This document shows positions 10,295 to 20,108 of a stretch of 64,000 nucleotides of DNA, in pieces. The stretch covers positions 3,072,001 through 3,136,000 of the forward strand of contig CBDFIQ010000002.1 in assembly GCA_965248195.1 (NCBI GenBank). The letters are read 5' to 3'. Made by a program: the position numbers and the translations under genes. Numbering within the stretch: position 1 is the stretch's first letter; the number at the start of each line of letters is the position of its first letter. Source of the DNA: Longimicrobiales bacterium (GTDB lineage: Bacteria; Gemmatimonadota; Gemmatimonadetes; Longimicrobiales; Gaopeijiaceae). The notes under the pieces were generated by a model that saw only the letters and a list, made by a program, of their open reading frames with translations, had not been told where the DNA came from and ran no database searches.

Positions 10295-10363
10295 GCTTGC
10301 CGCTCCACACGCCTTAGACGCATGTTGTCCCTCATGTCGGATGCCGGCGGCGAGCGATTCCTC
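10295..10363 (+). promoter_or_regulatory. Duplicated promoter element, copy 2
   Basis: TTGCCG-N18-CATGTT-N7-ATG; aligns without gaps to 7742..7810. Confidence 0.45.
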
Positions 10364-10382
10364 GTGTATCGGAGGTGGTCTC

Positions 10383-10913
10383 ATGCGGTTTTTATGCTCT
10401 CTCACGATTCTTGCGTGTCTCGGAATTGCCACGAGTGTGCTCGCGCAAGATCCTTTCCAAGGTGTCCCGGTCGAACCCCGTCCCTCCGAGTACATCCACT
10501 GGGATGCGGAGGCGTTTGCGGAGCTTCAAAGCCAGCTCGAGCAAGAATTGCGTGACGGCAGCCGGATATGGGGTACGCGGTTCGTCTACACGAGCGCGCT
10601 GCCACGGGCCGATCATCGGCACCACGACGTGCAGATCATCCATCGGTCGGGCTATACCCAACCCGAGATCCACGCCACCAAGTGGGACATCTACGTCATC
10701 TTGGACGGATCAGGAACGGCCCGTATCGGTGGCGAGAGGGTGAATTGGATCGACGGCCGCCCCCCCGAAGAGCAGAGGCCACAACTCAGGGGCGCCCGGG
10801 AATTTCAGGTCACCGAAGGCGACATGCTGCACGTCCCCGCCCGCGTTTGGCACCAGGTGTTGACGGAGGCGGGAGAGTCGATCACGTACGCTCTCATCAA
10901 CGTGATCGAGTGA
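10383..10913 (+). CDS. Secreted cupin-domain protein
   Basis: PEIH...DIYVILDGSG and GDMLHVPARVWH cupin motifs; GGAGGT RBS. Confidence 0.82.
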   Translation: MRFLCSLTILACLGIATSVLAQDPFQGVPVEPRPSEYIHWDAEAFAELQSQLEQELRDGSRIWGTRFVYTSALPRADHRHHDVQIIHRSGYTQPEIHATKWDIYVILDGSGTARIGGERVNWIDGRPPEEQRPQLRGAREFQVTEGDMLHVPARVWHQVLTEAGESITYALINVIE

Positions 10914-11085
10914 TTGGGCGGTGGGCCCACCTCTGTAAGCTGAGCGTGGTCGGCGTACCCTCTCAGAACGATCGATAGGGTGGACGGCCTCGGGCGGCGA
11001 AGCCTACCTTGCCGCAGAACGGATCATCGAACGACGTCTCGGTCCCCCTGACGAGCGTTCGAGCCTTCCCCAAGTGAGGTATGCA

Positions 11086-11985
11086 ATGCGCACCCTACAG
11101 AGACTCGGCTCGCTAACGGCTCTTGTCGTCCTCGCTTCAATACTCACCCTGGCCGCAGGCCAGCAAGTCCCCACCCTCACGCCCGAGCAGCAGGCGCGGC
11201 TGCAGATTCGGGAAGTGATGGACGGCCTCTACGTCCTCCCCGGGTTCGACGGCGGGCAGTCCGGTGGGAACGTGGCGGTCCGGGTGACCGATGAGGGTGT
11301 CATTATCGTCGACGACAAATTCCCGTACAGCTTCGATTTCATCACCGCGCAGGTCCGCAGTGTCACGGACCAGCCGATCAAGTACGTGCTCAACACCCAC
11401 CACCACGACGACCATTCCGGCAGCAATGCCGACTTCATGCCGTCGGCCGAAGTGATCGTGCACAAGAACGCCCGCGCCAACATCGTCCGGAACAACCAGC
11501 CCGGCGCGCCGCGCCTCATCTTCGCGGACGAAACCGCGGTATTCCTGGGCGGTGCGGAGGTCCAGATGTTTCACTTCGGCCGGGGCCATACCAACGGGGA
11601 TGCCGTAGTCTATTTCCCTGACCTCCGCACCGTCCACACCGGCGATCTCTTCGTCTTTGGCCAGCGTTTGGACGGCAGCACCCTCTCGCCGTTCTGGGAC
11701 TTCGGTAACGGGGGCAGCGTGCTCGAGTGGCCGGCCACGCTGACCCGCCTGCTGGCCCTCGACTTCGACACCGTGATCCCGGGTCACGGGCCGATCCTGA
11801 CCAAGGCAGACGTCAGGACGTTCCGCGGCAAGCTCGAGACCGTGATCGATCGAGTCCGCGCCGAAATCGCGGCAGGCGCGAGGCGAGACGACATCGCCTC
11901 TCGGGTCGACACGGCCGACCTGGACTGGCCGCTCGCGCCGGTGCGTATCCAGAATGTGTTCGACGAGCTGACGGCAGCGCAGTAG
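11086..11985 (+). CDS. MBL-fold metallo-hydrolase, secreted
   Basis: THHHDDH, GHTNGD, TGD and PGHG motifs. Confidence 0.92.
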   Translation: MRTLQRLGSLTALVVLASILTLAAGQQVPTLTPEQQARLQIREVMDGLYVLPGFDGGQSGGNVAVRVTDEGVIIVDDKFPYSFDFITAQVRSVTDQPIKYVLNTHHHDDHSGSNADFMPSAEVIVHKNARANIVRNNQPGAPRLIFADETAVFLGGAEVQMFHFGRGHTNGDAVVYFPDLRTVHTGDLFVFGQRLDGSTLSPFWDFGNGGSVLEWPATLTRLLALDFDTVIPGHGPILTKADVRTFRGKLETVIDRVRAEIAAGARRDDIASRVDTADLDWPLAPVRIQNVFDELTAAQ

Positions 11986-12091
11986 TGCCTGGGGGCGCGA
12001 GTGCGATTACGCTGTCCCTGCGTAATACGAGGTCGTTATCGAAGGGCAATGCTTGAAAAGTAGGCGCCGATAATCGTGGGAGGATTTCTCG

Positions 12092-13000
12092 ATGAATCAG
12101 CAGATCGAATGGCCGGTAAAGACACGAGAGTTCCAGTCAGCCGCTATTGACTCGACCTACTGGAACGATTTCGCGTTCCGCGAGGACGACATCATTATCG
12201 GAACGTACGCCAAGTCGGGCACCACCTGGGTTCAGCAGATCGTCGCCCAGCTCATCTTCAACGGTGAGGAAGGATTGCCGGTAGCCCAGATGTCACCCTG
12301 GCTCGATTTTCGTCTGCCGCCGCTCGAAGAGAAGCTGCCCGGCATCGAGGCCCAGGAACATCAGCGTTTCATAAAAACTCACCTTCCGGTAGACGCGCTG
12401 GTGTTCTCTCCGAAGGCGAAATACCTCTACATCGCTCGCGATGGCCGTGACGTGGTGTGGAGTTTCTACAACCACCACTACTACATGAACGACATTTTTT
12501 ACGACGGCATAAGGGCCCTACGGTATCTCGGCCGCGTGTGGGAGCGGCCGCGCACCAACGACCTCAGAGAATATTTTCTCGACTGGTTCAATAATGAGGG
12601 CTTCCCGCTGTGGCCATTCTGGGAAAACCTTCGCACCTGGTGGGCAATCCGCGACCTTCCCAATGTCTATTTGGTTCACTACCAAAATCTCAAGGACGAC
12701 ATGGAAGGCCAGATGAGGAAGATCGCCGCCTTCCTTGATATTCCCATTGACGAGAGGCGATGGGATACCATGGTCGACCATTGCACCTTCGACTACATGA
12801 AGAACCATGCGCCTTTGAGCACGCCGCTAGAGGGGGTGATCTTCGACGGCGGCGCCAAGGTGTTCATCAACAAGGGTACCAACGGGCGTTGGCGTGATAC
12901 ACTGACCGGGGAAGACGTCGAGGCGTATGAGGGTCGGGCGATCGAAGAGCTCGGCCCCGAGTGCGCGCATTGGCTGGCGACGGGTGAGTTTCTGAAGTAG
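12092..13000 (+). CDS. Sulfotransferase (aryl sulfotransferase-like)
   Basis: PAPS-binding motifs TYAKSGTTW and RDGRDVVWS; KTH; NKGTNGRW. Confidence 0.92.
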   Translation: MNQQIEWPVKTREFQSAAIDSTYWNDFAFREDDIIIGTYAKSGTTWVQQIVAQLIFNGEEGLPVAQMSPWLDFRLPPLEEKLPGIEAQEHQRFIKTHLPVDALVFSPKAKYLYIARDGRDVVWSFYNHHYYMNDIFYDGIRALRYLGRVWERPRTNDLREYFLDWFNNEGFPLWPFWENLRTWWAIRDLPNVYLVHYQNLKDDMEGQMRKIAAFLDIPIDERRWDTMVDHCTFDYMKNHAPLSTPLEGVIFDGGAKVFINKGTNGRWRDTLTGEDVEAYEGRAIEELGPECAHWLATGEFLK

Positions 13001-13003
13001 GGG

Positions 13004-14833
13004 TTAATCCCTATGACCAAGCCTTTCGCGGACTGCCCGGAAGCGGGGCTCGTCCAAGACCGGATGAGAATAGGCGTTCGACTTTATGTGCGTCACGCTG
13101 AAATAGCCTACATAGGGCTCGGGGCTATCGGCGGCCGTATTCAGCCAATGAAGCGCTTGCTCATCGTCGCCCAACGCCAGGTAGCCCGTTACCCAGGCAG
13201 CGCTCGGAATACGGTGGATCTTCGCCGTCTCTTCTAGCCGATGAAAAATTCTTTCTGCGTCTTCCCGATGCCCACATCGCGAATAGTTAAACGCCAACTC
13301 ACCCAGAAAGACGGGATTGACATCGTCGCGCAGGAGTTGCTCGGCAATCTGAGTGTGCATTAACGTCTCGGCACGGTTGCCTTGAGCGAACCCCTGAATC
13401 CCGAGCATGAGATGCGCGACACCAAATGTCGGGGACAGCTCCACCGCACGGCGCTGCCCATCAATGGCTGCGTCGTGATCGCCACTGTGCATGTATATGA
13501 CAGCCATCCAAGAGTGTCCGAAAGCACTGTTCGGATCGAGTGTTATCGCCCGTTCCCCGAGCTCGATCGCCTCCTCCGTACGGCCGATAAGCGCACAGAA
13601 GACGGCGTAGTCCATAAGCACTTCGGGATCGTTTGGACTGAGCCGCAATGCGTGGCCGTAAGCTTCCCGAGCGTCCGATCCACGCCAGTTGAACTGATGG
13701 ATTCGGGCGAGGGCACCGTGCGCGGCCCCCGCGCTGGGGTCGAGCTCCAAGGCTTGCCGCAGATCCCCGAGAGCGAGACCCTCCAGCTCGGCACGGCGAC
13801 TGGCGTAATTCTCATGGATTCCCGGATCCTGGTTTAGCTGGGACAGATAGATACGCGCCCGCTCGACATACGCCATCGCGAAGTCAGGATCGAACGCTAT
13901 CGCCTGGTCCAGGTAGGATCGACTGCTCGAGCGCAGCTCTGGATGCCCGCCCACTACACCCCCGTGTTCCTGGAGGATCGCCAGCGCCCGCAAGTAAAGG
14001 GCATAAGCCTCAGGTGACTTCGTGGGCGGCTTCTCTATGCTTTCTTTCTCAGCCACGGAGAACTCCGTCTCGAGCGCCTCGGCGATCTTCCGGGCCACAT
14101 CTGCCTGGATCGCGAAGATATCAGCGAGATCCCGCTCGTAGACCTCCGACCACAGGTGATCTTGCGTCGCCGCATCGATCAGCTGCGCCGTCACGCGCAC
14201 ACGCTCTCCCGCATATCGTACGCTTCCCTCCATGACCGTGCCGACCCCGAGCTCTGCGGCGATCTCGGCTATCGACTTGTCTGTGTCACGGTACTTCTTG
14301 ACCGAAGTGCGGGCGATGACACTGAGGTCCTTGATCTTCGTCAGGCAATTGAGGATCTCCTCATGAATGCCGGCCGCGAAATACGCGTCGTCCGGGTTGG
14401 GGCTCAGGTTCTCCAAGGGCAGGACTGCCACCGAGTTGCGAAGAATTTCCGGCCGTGGTCTTATCGATTCTGCACGCGGACTTGGTGCCGTTCGCTCGGG
14501 GCTCGGCGCCGGCTGTTGGGGACTCGGTGCCGGCCGCTCGATGCTCGGCGCCGGCTGCTGAGGCGTGCCGAGGGAGACGCCGGTTTCCGCGACCGCATCA
14601 CTGGCCGGTGTACGAACCACCCCTGTGGGCGTGAGATCGAACGCCCAGGCGAGAACCACGGCGATAGGGAGCCCTACCGCGAGCAGAACGATCATGACCG
14701 TATCGAACCAGGCCGGTAAATTCAGCGGATCGTTTACGACATCAATGATCTGAATGAGCAGCCAAGCCACCACCGTATAGACGGCGGCGACCTGAAAGAC
14801 TTTGCGTCTCTTGATTTCCCCCAGAAAAGACAA
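13004..14833 (-). CDS. Membrane-anchored TolB-N-like/TPR protein
   Basis: EIKRRKVFQ N-terminus with 2 TM helices; SVAVLPLENLS...EGSVR domain; TPR repeats. Linker has four 7-aa xxxPAPS-like repeats (21-bp unit, about 14478-14562). TTG start. Confidence 0.85.
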   Translation of the reverse strand: MSFLGEIKRRKVFQVAAVYTVVAWLLIQIIDVVNDPLNLPAWFDTVMIVLLAVGLPIAVVLAWAFDLTPTGVVRTPASDAVAETGVSLGTPQQPAPSIERPAPSPQQPAPSPERTAPSPRAESIRPRPEILRNSVAVLPLENLSPNPDDAYFAAGIHEEILNCLTKIKDLSVIARTSVKKYRDTDKSIAEIAAELGVGTVMEGSVRYAGERVRVTAQLIDAATQDHLWSEVYERDLADIFAIQADVARKIAEALETEFSVAEKESIEKPPTKSPEAYALYLRALAILQEHGGVVGGHPELRSSSRSYLDQAIAFDPDFAMAYVERARIYLSQLNQDPGIHENYASRRAELEGLALGDLRQALELDPSAGAAHGALARIHQFNWRGSDAREAYGHALRLSPNDPEVLMDYAVFCALIGRTEEAIELGERAITLDPNSAFGHSWMAVIYMHSGDHDAAIDGQRRAVELSPTFGVAHLMLGIQGFAQGNRAETLMHTQIAEQLLRDDVNPVFLGELAFNYSRCGHREDAERIFHRLEETAKIHRIPSAAWVTGYLALGDDEQALHWLNTAADSPEPYVGYFSVTHIKSNAYSHPVLDEPRFRAVRERLGHRD

Positions 14834-14864
14834 ACTCGCTCCAGATTATTGATGCACAGTGGGC

Positions 14865-16688
14865 TCAGTTTCCGCTCGGCAGTGCGAACACGAACAAGTC
14901 GGTGCCCCTGCTCGGACGGAGCTCGGGTGTCAGATTCATCGATCCCGCACCAGTGTTGACCGCCACGTACTGGCGCCCGTCGACGGCGAAGGTGATCGGA
15001 TAGCCGCTGACCGAAGAGCCGAGATTGATCTCCCATAACACCTCGCCCGTCTCATCGTCGAAGGCGCGAAAGCGCCCGTTCGAATCGCCACCGAAGATGA
15101 GCCCACCGCCGGTCGCCACGAGAGACATCGTGCCTGCCCGCGTCTCGTAGAGCCACGACGTCTCGCCGGTCTCCACCGAGATGGCTCGGACGGTCCCGAG
15201 GTTGTCGGTGCCGGGCGCGACCTGGTGGCGCGCTGCCAGCGAATAGATGGCGAGGCCACCTTGCCCGCCGCGCGTCAGGGTCTGTGCCCGGACGCTCTCG
15301 AAGTCGGCCGTGGCCAACATTTGCGCGCAGGTGTTGCGCAGGGGGTAGTACATCGTGCGCGTCCGCGGGCTGTAGGCGCCGGCCTCCCAGTCTTTGCCGC
15401 CGGCCCAGGTGGGGCAGACGAACACCTCCTGCTCCGCCTCCCTGAAGACGACTTCCGCGTTTACTGTCACGGCTCCCGTCGCTCCGTCGATATCGTCGAT
15501 CACGTTCTGCCGGACCGTGGGAGTGGCCCAGAGAAACTCACCGGTCTCGCGATCGAGGGTGTAGACCAATCCGGTCTTGCCGGGAATACCGGTTATCACC
15601 TTGCGGACCTCTCCCGGTTGGAGCCGCGGGTTGATCCAGCGTACGGCCTCCGGGTCGGGCGCGACGGGCGTGTCGACGAGGAGCCGCTCGAAGGGATGGT
15701 CCAGGTCCCAGTGGTCGTTCAGGTGCTGGTAGTACCACCGGATCTCGCCGGTGTCGACCTCGAGTGCGAGCGTGGAGTTGTGGTAGAGGTGTGTGTTTTC
15801 GGTGCCGCCCAGGTAGAACTTCGGCGCCGGCGAGGTGACCGACGTGCCCATGTAGATCAGTTCCAACTCGGGATCGTAGCTCGGGACCATCCAGGCACCC
15901 ACGTGTTGCCGCCCCTCGAAGGGAACGTCGCCCCATGTCTCGTCGCCCGGCTCTCCCGGGGCCGGAATGAGACGTCGTCGCCACAGCTCTGCGCCCGTCA
16001 ATGCATCGTGGGCGGCGATGATACAGGCGTTCGGTCCACCCCACGGCCGGCAGCTACGCCCCGAGATGACCCGTCCGTCCGCGATGATCGGGCCCGAGCT
16101 GTGCGTGGCCGAGTTGACCTGGTAATCGAAGATCTGCGTTTCCCAAACGGTCTCACCGGTCAGGGCGTCGAGCGCGAACACGAAGTTGTCGTCGCTGGTG
16201 TTGATGATCATCCGGTCGTAGATGGCAACGTTGCGATTGTTGCGGGCATTGCCCCCGACGAGGCCGTAGAGGTCCTCCGGTAAATCGCGGCCATACTCCC
16301 ATATGAGGTCGCCGGTCGTAGCGTCGAGCGCCTGAATGACGTCCTCCGCCTGGGGCACGTAGAGGACGCCACCGTATGCCAACGGCGTGATCTCACCGGT
16401 TCGAGCCGCCAGGCTTCGCGTCCAGACCATCCGGAGCTCGCCGACGTTCTCCCGATTGACCTGATCGAGCGGGCTGTAGCCCCAACTGTCGAGCGTCCGG
16501 CGCCACATGAGCCAGTCCCCCGGTGCCGGGTCCTGGAGCATCGCGTCTGTAACGGGGACGAAATCATCGGATGACTGCACTTGAGCCGTAGCCGTGGACG
16601 ATGCCAGGAACAACAACACCGCGCATAGCGTGACCCGAACGCACACTGCGACCCGAACGCACGCTGCGAAAGGAGACTTTCTAAGCAT
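14865..16688 (-). CDS. PQQ-binding beta-propeller dehydrogenase-like protein
   Basis: WLMWRR..GYSPLDQVN, repeated ALDAxTGxxxW, WDLD and GRQYVAV motifs. Start ATG 16688; the 793-aa ORF is over-extended into the upstream gene. Confidence 0.9.
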   Translation of the reverse strand: MLRKSPFAACVRVAVCVRVTLCAVLLFLASSTATAQVQSSDDFVPVTDAMLQDPAPGDWLMWRRTLDSWGYSPLDQVNRENVGELRMVWTRSLAARTGEITPLAYGGVLYVPQAEDVIQALDATTGDLIWEYGRDLPEDLYGLVGGNARNNRNVAIYDRMIINTSDDNFVFALDALTGETVWETQIFDYQVNSATHSSGPIIADGRVISGRSCRPWGGPNACIIAAHDALTGAELWRRRLIPAPGEPGDETWGDVPFEGRQHVGAWMVPSYDPELELIYMGTSVTSPAPKFYLGGTENTHLYHNSTLALEVDTGEIRWYYQHLNDHWDLDHPFERLLVDTPVAPDPEAVRWINPRLQPGEVRKVITGIPGKTGLVYTLDRETGEFLWATPTVRQNVIDDIDGATGAVTVNAEVVFREAEQEVFVCPTWAGGKDWEAGAYSPRTRTMYYPLRNTCAQMLATADFESVRAQTLTRGGQGGLAIYSLAARHQVAPGTDNLGTVRAISVETGETSWLYETRAGTMSLVATGGGLIFGGDSNGRFRAFDDETGEVLWEINLGSSVSGYPITFAVDGRQYVAVNTGAGSMNLTPELRPSRGTDLFVFALPSGN

Positions 16689-16765
16689 TTCAGGACTCCC
16701 AAGCCGGAGGTTCCAACGGCCATCTGATGACGACGGATAGGCGATAATAGGTGGCGGGCCCTGAT

Positions 16766-16817
16766 CGAGGAAGCGTATGACACCGAGGAAGCGCATGACA
16801 CCGAGGAAGCGTATGAC
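16766..16817. repeat. Intergenic 18-bp tandem repeat, about 2.9 copies (CGAGGAAGCGYATGACAC)
   Basis: Read directly; no spacers. Confidence 0.9.
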
Positions 16818-16819
16818 GT

Positions 16820-18241
16820 TTACCGGATGAGGTGCCCGTATACCTCGGTGTACCGATGGGCGATCTCCTTCCAGTCGTACTCGCCACGGACGAGCGCCAG
16901 TGCGTTTATGCCGCGGCGTTTTCGTTCTGTCTCGTTCATTAGCGCCTGGTGCAGCGTCGCCGCCAAGGAATCCAGATCGTCGACTTCGCAAAGCCAGCCG
17001 TTCGCACGCGGTCCGGTTTCGACGACGAAATCGAGGGGCCCGCCGCTTCGGGTCGCGATCACTGGAACTCCCGTCGCCATCGCCTCGATGTAGACCTGGC
17101 CAAACGGTTCGTTGTAGGAGGGTGCGACCAAAACGTCGGCGAGGTTGAGTCCTCGAGAAAGAACATCGTGCGGCAACCACCCGCAGAAAAACACGTTCGG
17201 CAAGTCGAGGGAGCGGGCGACCGTATGAGGATGCTCGCCTTCCCATTCACCGGGCATGCCTCCCCAGACGAGCAGGTTGAACGGGGGGTGACTGTTGCTG
17301 TCGAACGATTGGTTGACCCGCGAGACGGCCTCGAGCAACAACGGAACGCGTTTGAAATCGAGAAAGCGACCCACGAATATCAGAAGCGGCTTCAAATCGC
17401 CTGATTCGTCTTTGAGCCTCTCGATGTCGGACTCGTCGTAGCGCACGTTCCCCGGGACACCGCCTTCGTCCCAGCCCTGAGGCTCCTCCACCAGGATCTT
17501 GCGGAGAAAACTCCATTTTTCGTCTTTGGACCAATTCAGCGGCTGGAACAGAGACGTGTCCACGCCATTCGGGATCGTGGTGATGTGGTTCTCGTCGATC
17601 GCGAGGCGTGCGATCGCCCGCTCACGAATGTCCGGGCTGATAGCGGCAAAGTGGTTCGTTATGTCGACTGCGTCGCTCAGGATGCCACGCCCAACGTGGT
17701 CCAGCTCATCGGGGCTACCAACTTCCCTGCTCAGCTCGTCGAGACGCTCCAGCATCTTGATCTCCGTCCCATGCAGTTGCGTCAGCTTGGGCACCGAGGG
17801 AAAGAGTTGCGCCGCGGCACCATGCGCGTGAGTGAGATGGTGGAGGTGGAGAAGGTCGGGCTGGAAGCGCTCTCTCACGTCTTCGAATACTCCGGTCCAG
17901 CACCGCAACAATGCTACATACTCGGCGTCCGTCAGCTTGTAGAAAACACGGTCGGGTACGCCGGATTTGTCTTCATAGCTCGGGTGAAACGGGATTTTCC
18001 AACCGTCGGATAGCGGATCTTCACCCTGTTCGAACCCGCGCCACGCGTCGGTATAATCGACCAAGGTCAGTGGGATTTCACCGAAAAAAAAGTTAGCGTC
18101 GTGTTGCGGGTCGCCGTCGTCCAGCGTGCCGGTGATCAGACGCACTTCGTGGCCCATCTGAATCAGGGCGGTCGACAGATAGCGGGCCACCTGCGCGCTT
18201 CCCCCCCTCGGATAGAAGATGAGGCTCATCAGGATTTTCAT
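16820..18241 (-). CDS. Glycosyltransferase family 4
   Basis: PRGGSAQV, HGTE, PNGVD, FVGRFLDFKR and EPFGQVYIE motifs. Start ATG 18241. Confidence 0.9.
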   Translation of the reverse strand: MKILMSLIFYPRGGSAQVARYLSTALIQMGHEVRLITGTLDDGDPQHDANFFFGEIPLTLVDYTDAWRGFEQGEDPLSDGWKIPFHPSYEDKSGVPDRVFYKLTDAEYVALLRCWTGVFEDVRERFQPDLLHLHHLTHAHGAAAQLFPSVPKLTQLHGTEIKMLERLDELSREVGSPDELDHVGRGILSDAVDITNHFAAISPDIRERAIARLAIDENHITTIPNGVDTSLFQPLNWSKDEKWSFLRKILVEEPQGWDEGGVPGNVRYDESDIERLKDESGDLKPLLIFVGRFLDFKRVPLLLEAVSRVNQSFDSNSHPPFNLLVWGGMPGEWEGEHPHTVARSLDLPNVFFCGWLPHDVLSRGLNLADVLVAPSYNEPFGQVYIEAMATGVPVIATRSGGPLDFVVETGPRANGWLCEVDDLDSLAATLHQALMNETERKRRGINALALVRGEYDWKEIAHRYTEVYGHLIR

Positions 18242-18245
18242 GAGA

Positions 18246-19289
18246 TCAATCGAAACGGATCGCCTCGAGGATGCGTTCGACGGTGTGATAATCGACCCCC
18301 CCGAACTCCAGGCGTTGGCCCTCTTCGTCGCTGGAAAAAACCACCTCGCCCAGCACCTCGAGGCCGCCGATCGTGCCCGACAGCTCCGGGGATCGTGATC
18401 GCAGTTGGTGGCGGGGAACGAAAAACAGCTCCAAATTTTTTTGGATGTCGTCGAAGGTCGCCACGATATTGGCTGAGATCGATGATTCTTGATGCCCGTT
18501 TTGCACCCTCCAGGCTCGAATCCATCGAGAAGCTGATTCGACGACCTCTTCAAGGTCGCCGCGCCAATACACGACGGCGATCGGATAATTATCGATCGCG
18601 CCGTGGGTTTCTATCCCCGACTTCCGTGCCGCGACCTCCAGTGGAAACGGGGCGTCGGACGCCGGCCTCTTGAAGAACTGGAAATGGAGATGACCGGGGA
18701 TGGAGGCGCCTGCGCCTGCGCCGTTATAATAACCCAGGAATCCCGGCAGCCTCCGCGCAAGCGTAACCAGATCTTTGAGGATCTCCTCGATACTCAGACA
18801 TACGTTCGCCGCGCTGTTGGTGCACCAAGCCTGTGGAATATGGTCGTCGCTGGCGATTACGCAGTGCAGCGGCATCAAAGGGTAAGCGTTCATCCAGGCG
18901 ATGTAGCGGGTGGAGTCGACGTCGATCTCATATCCCAATTCCACGCCGCTTTGTTGCCACTGGATGTTATCCCGGCAAAGAAAGCAGCCGTTGTGTTTTA
19001 CGCCGGTGCCGGACGGAGGCGTCGAACCGCCAGCGCCCTCAAATCGCAGCGCCCGTACCGGGTTGTACTGGACGAAAAAAAAGCGCGTCGGGTCCTCGGG
19101 GTGGGCGAAGCGATAACGACGCACCGATTGCAGGTCATCCTTGATAAATCCCTGATCGCGCTGTTGATTTCTGAGCGCCTCCAGGGCGGCAGCAAGCCCG
19201 CCATCGGTTCGCTCGATTTCCCTGAGTCGCCGGTTCAGGTCCGTCCAAATCTCGGAGTATTTCTTTTTGTTCGACTCAGAGGGCGACAT
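18246..19289 (-). CDS. DUF4922 / GDP-hexose phosphorylase-like HIT-superfamily protein
   Basis: CFLC, NAYPLMPLH and YNGAGAGASIPGHLHFQ (HxHxQ) motifs. Start uncertain (19289 or 19334). Confidence 0.75.
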   Translation of the reverse strand: MSPSESNKKKYSEIWTDLNRRLREIERTDGGLAAALEALRNQQRDQGFIKDDLQSVRRYRFAHPEDPTRFFFVQYNPVRALRFEGAGGSTPPSGTGVKHNGCFLCRDNIQWQQSGVELGYEIDVDSTRYIAWMNAYPLMPLHCVIASDDHIPQAWCTNSAANVCLSIEEILKDLVTLARRLPGFLGYYNGAGAGASIPGHLHFQFFKRPASDAPFPLEVAARKSGIETHGAIDNYPIAVVYWRGDLEEVVESASRWIRAWRVQNGHQESSISANIVATFDDIQKNLELFFVPRHQLRSRSPELSGTIGGLEVLGEVVFSSDEEGQRLEFGGVDYHTVERILEAIRFD

Positions 19290-19441
19290 GACTTCGATCC
19301 TGGTACTTGAACGCGGGGATTGACCGACTTTCAAAGGTCCTGCTTCTACGTGAATCTTATCTTAGCTATTTCTAGAAGTGACGGGGGTTTGCGAACAAAG
19401 CACGAAGTCGCCCGGGTGGAAACGACAGGCGGGATGCGATA

Positions 19442-20101
19442 ATGCTAGGTGATTCCATTGTCGTGGAAAAGCACCACCTCGAAGCGGCAGCCGGAATCGT
19501 CGAAATCGTATTGCCGTTGATCGAGCGACACCCCGGAAAGTACACCATCTCCATCGCTGGAGAGTCCGGCAGCGGCAAGTCAGAAACGGCGACGGCGCTC
19601 GCCGCCGCTTTGATCACCTCTGGAAAATCCTGCCTGATTCTTCAGCAGGACGATTATTTCGTCCATCCCCCGAAGACCAACGACCAAACCCGCCGCGAGG
19701 ATATCGGCCGGGTAGGCCCGCAGGAGGTGCACCTGGATCTCCTGGATGCCCATCTGCAATCCTTCCGGGAAGGATTTTCGGTCATCGAGAAACCCCTCGT
19801 CATCTACGAGGAGAACCGCGTCACGACGGAGCGCTTCGATTTCGGCGACAGCCAGGTTCTGATAGCCGAAGGCACCTACACGACGACCTTGTCGAACGTG
19901 AATACCCATGTTTTTATCGACCGCGACTACCGCGAAACCCGTTCCCATCGTGACAAACGGCGGCGCAGTGACGCCGAGTTGGACCCGTTTATCGAGAGGG
20001 TCTTGGCCATCGAGCACGAGATCATCTCGGCACACAAGGCAATGGCGCAGCTAATCGTCAACAAGGACTACTTCGTGCGACAACAGGCCGGATCGGGCTG
20101 A
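19442..20101 (+). CDS. Uridine-kinase/PRK-like P-loop protein
   Basis: Walker A AGESGSGKSE; QDDYF; AEGTY. Confidence 0.8.
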   Translation: MLGDSIVVEKHHLEAAAGIVEIVLPLIERHPGKYTISIAGESGSGKSETATALAAALITSGKSCLILQQDDYFVHPPKTNDQTRREDIGRVGPQEVHLDLLDAHLQSFREGFSVIEKPLVIYEENRVTTERFDFGDSQVLIAEGTYTTTLSNVNTHVFIDRDYRETRSHRDKRRRSDAELDPFIERVLAIEHEIISAHKAMAQLIVNKDYFVRQQAGSG

Positions 20102-20108
20102 TCGGTCC

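Noticed and set aside
408..11985. The beta-lactamase-fold and MBL-fold genes as antibiotic resistance determinants
   Set aside because: They carry only generic family motifs, sit among catabolic hydrolases and have no mobile context.
16766..16817. 18-bp repeats as a mini CRISPR array
   Set aside because: The units are directly adjacent with no spacers, and there are no cas genes in the window.
16689..17246. N-terminal extension of the 793-aa PQQ ORF
   Set aside because: It overlaps the GT4 gene in another frame and has no domain features. The signal peptide follows ATG 16688.
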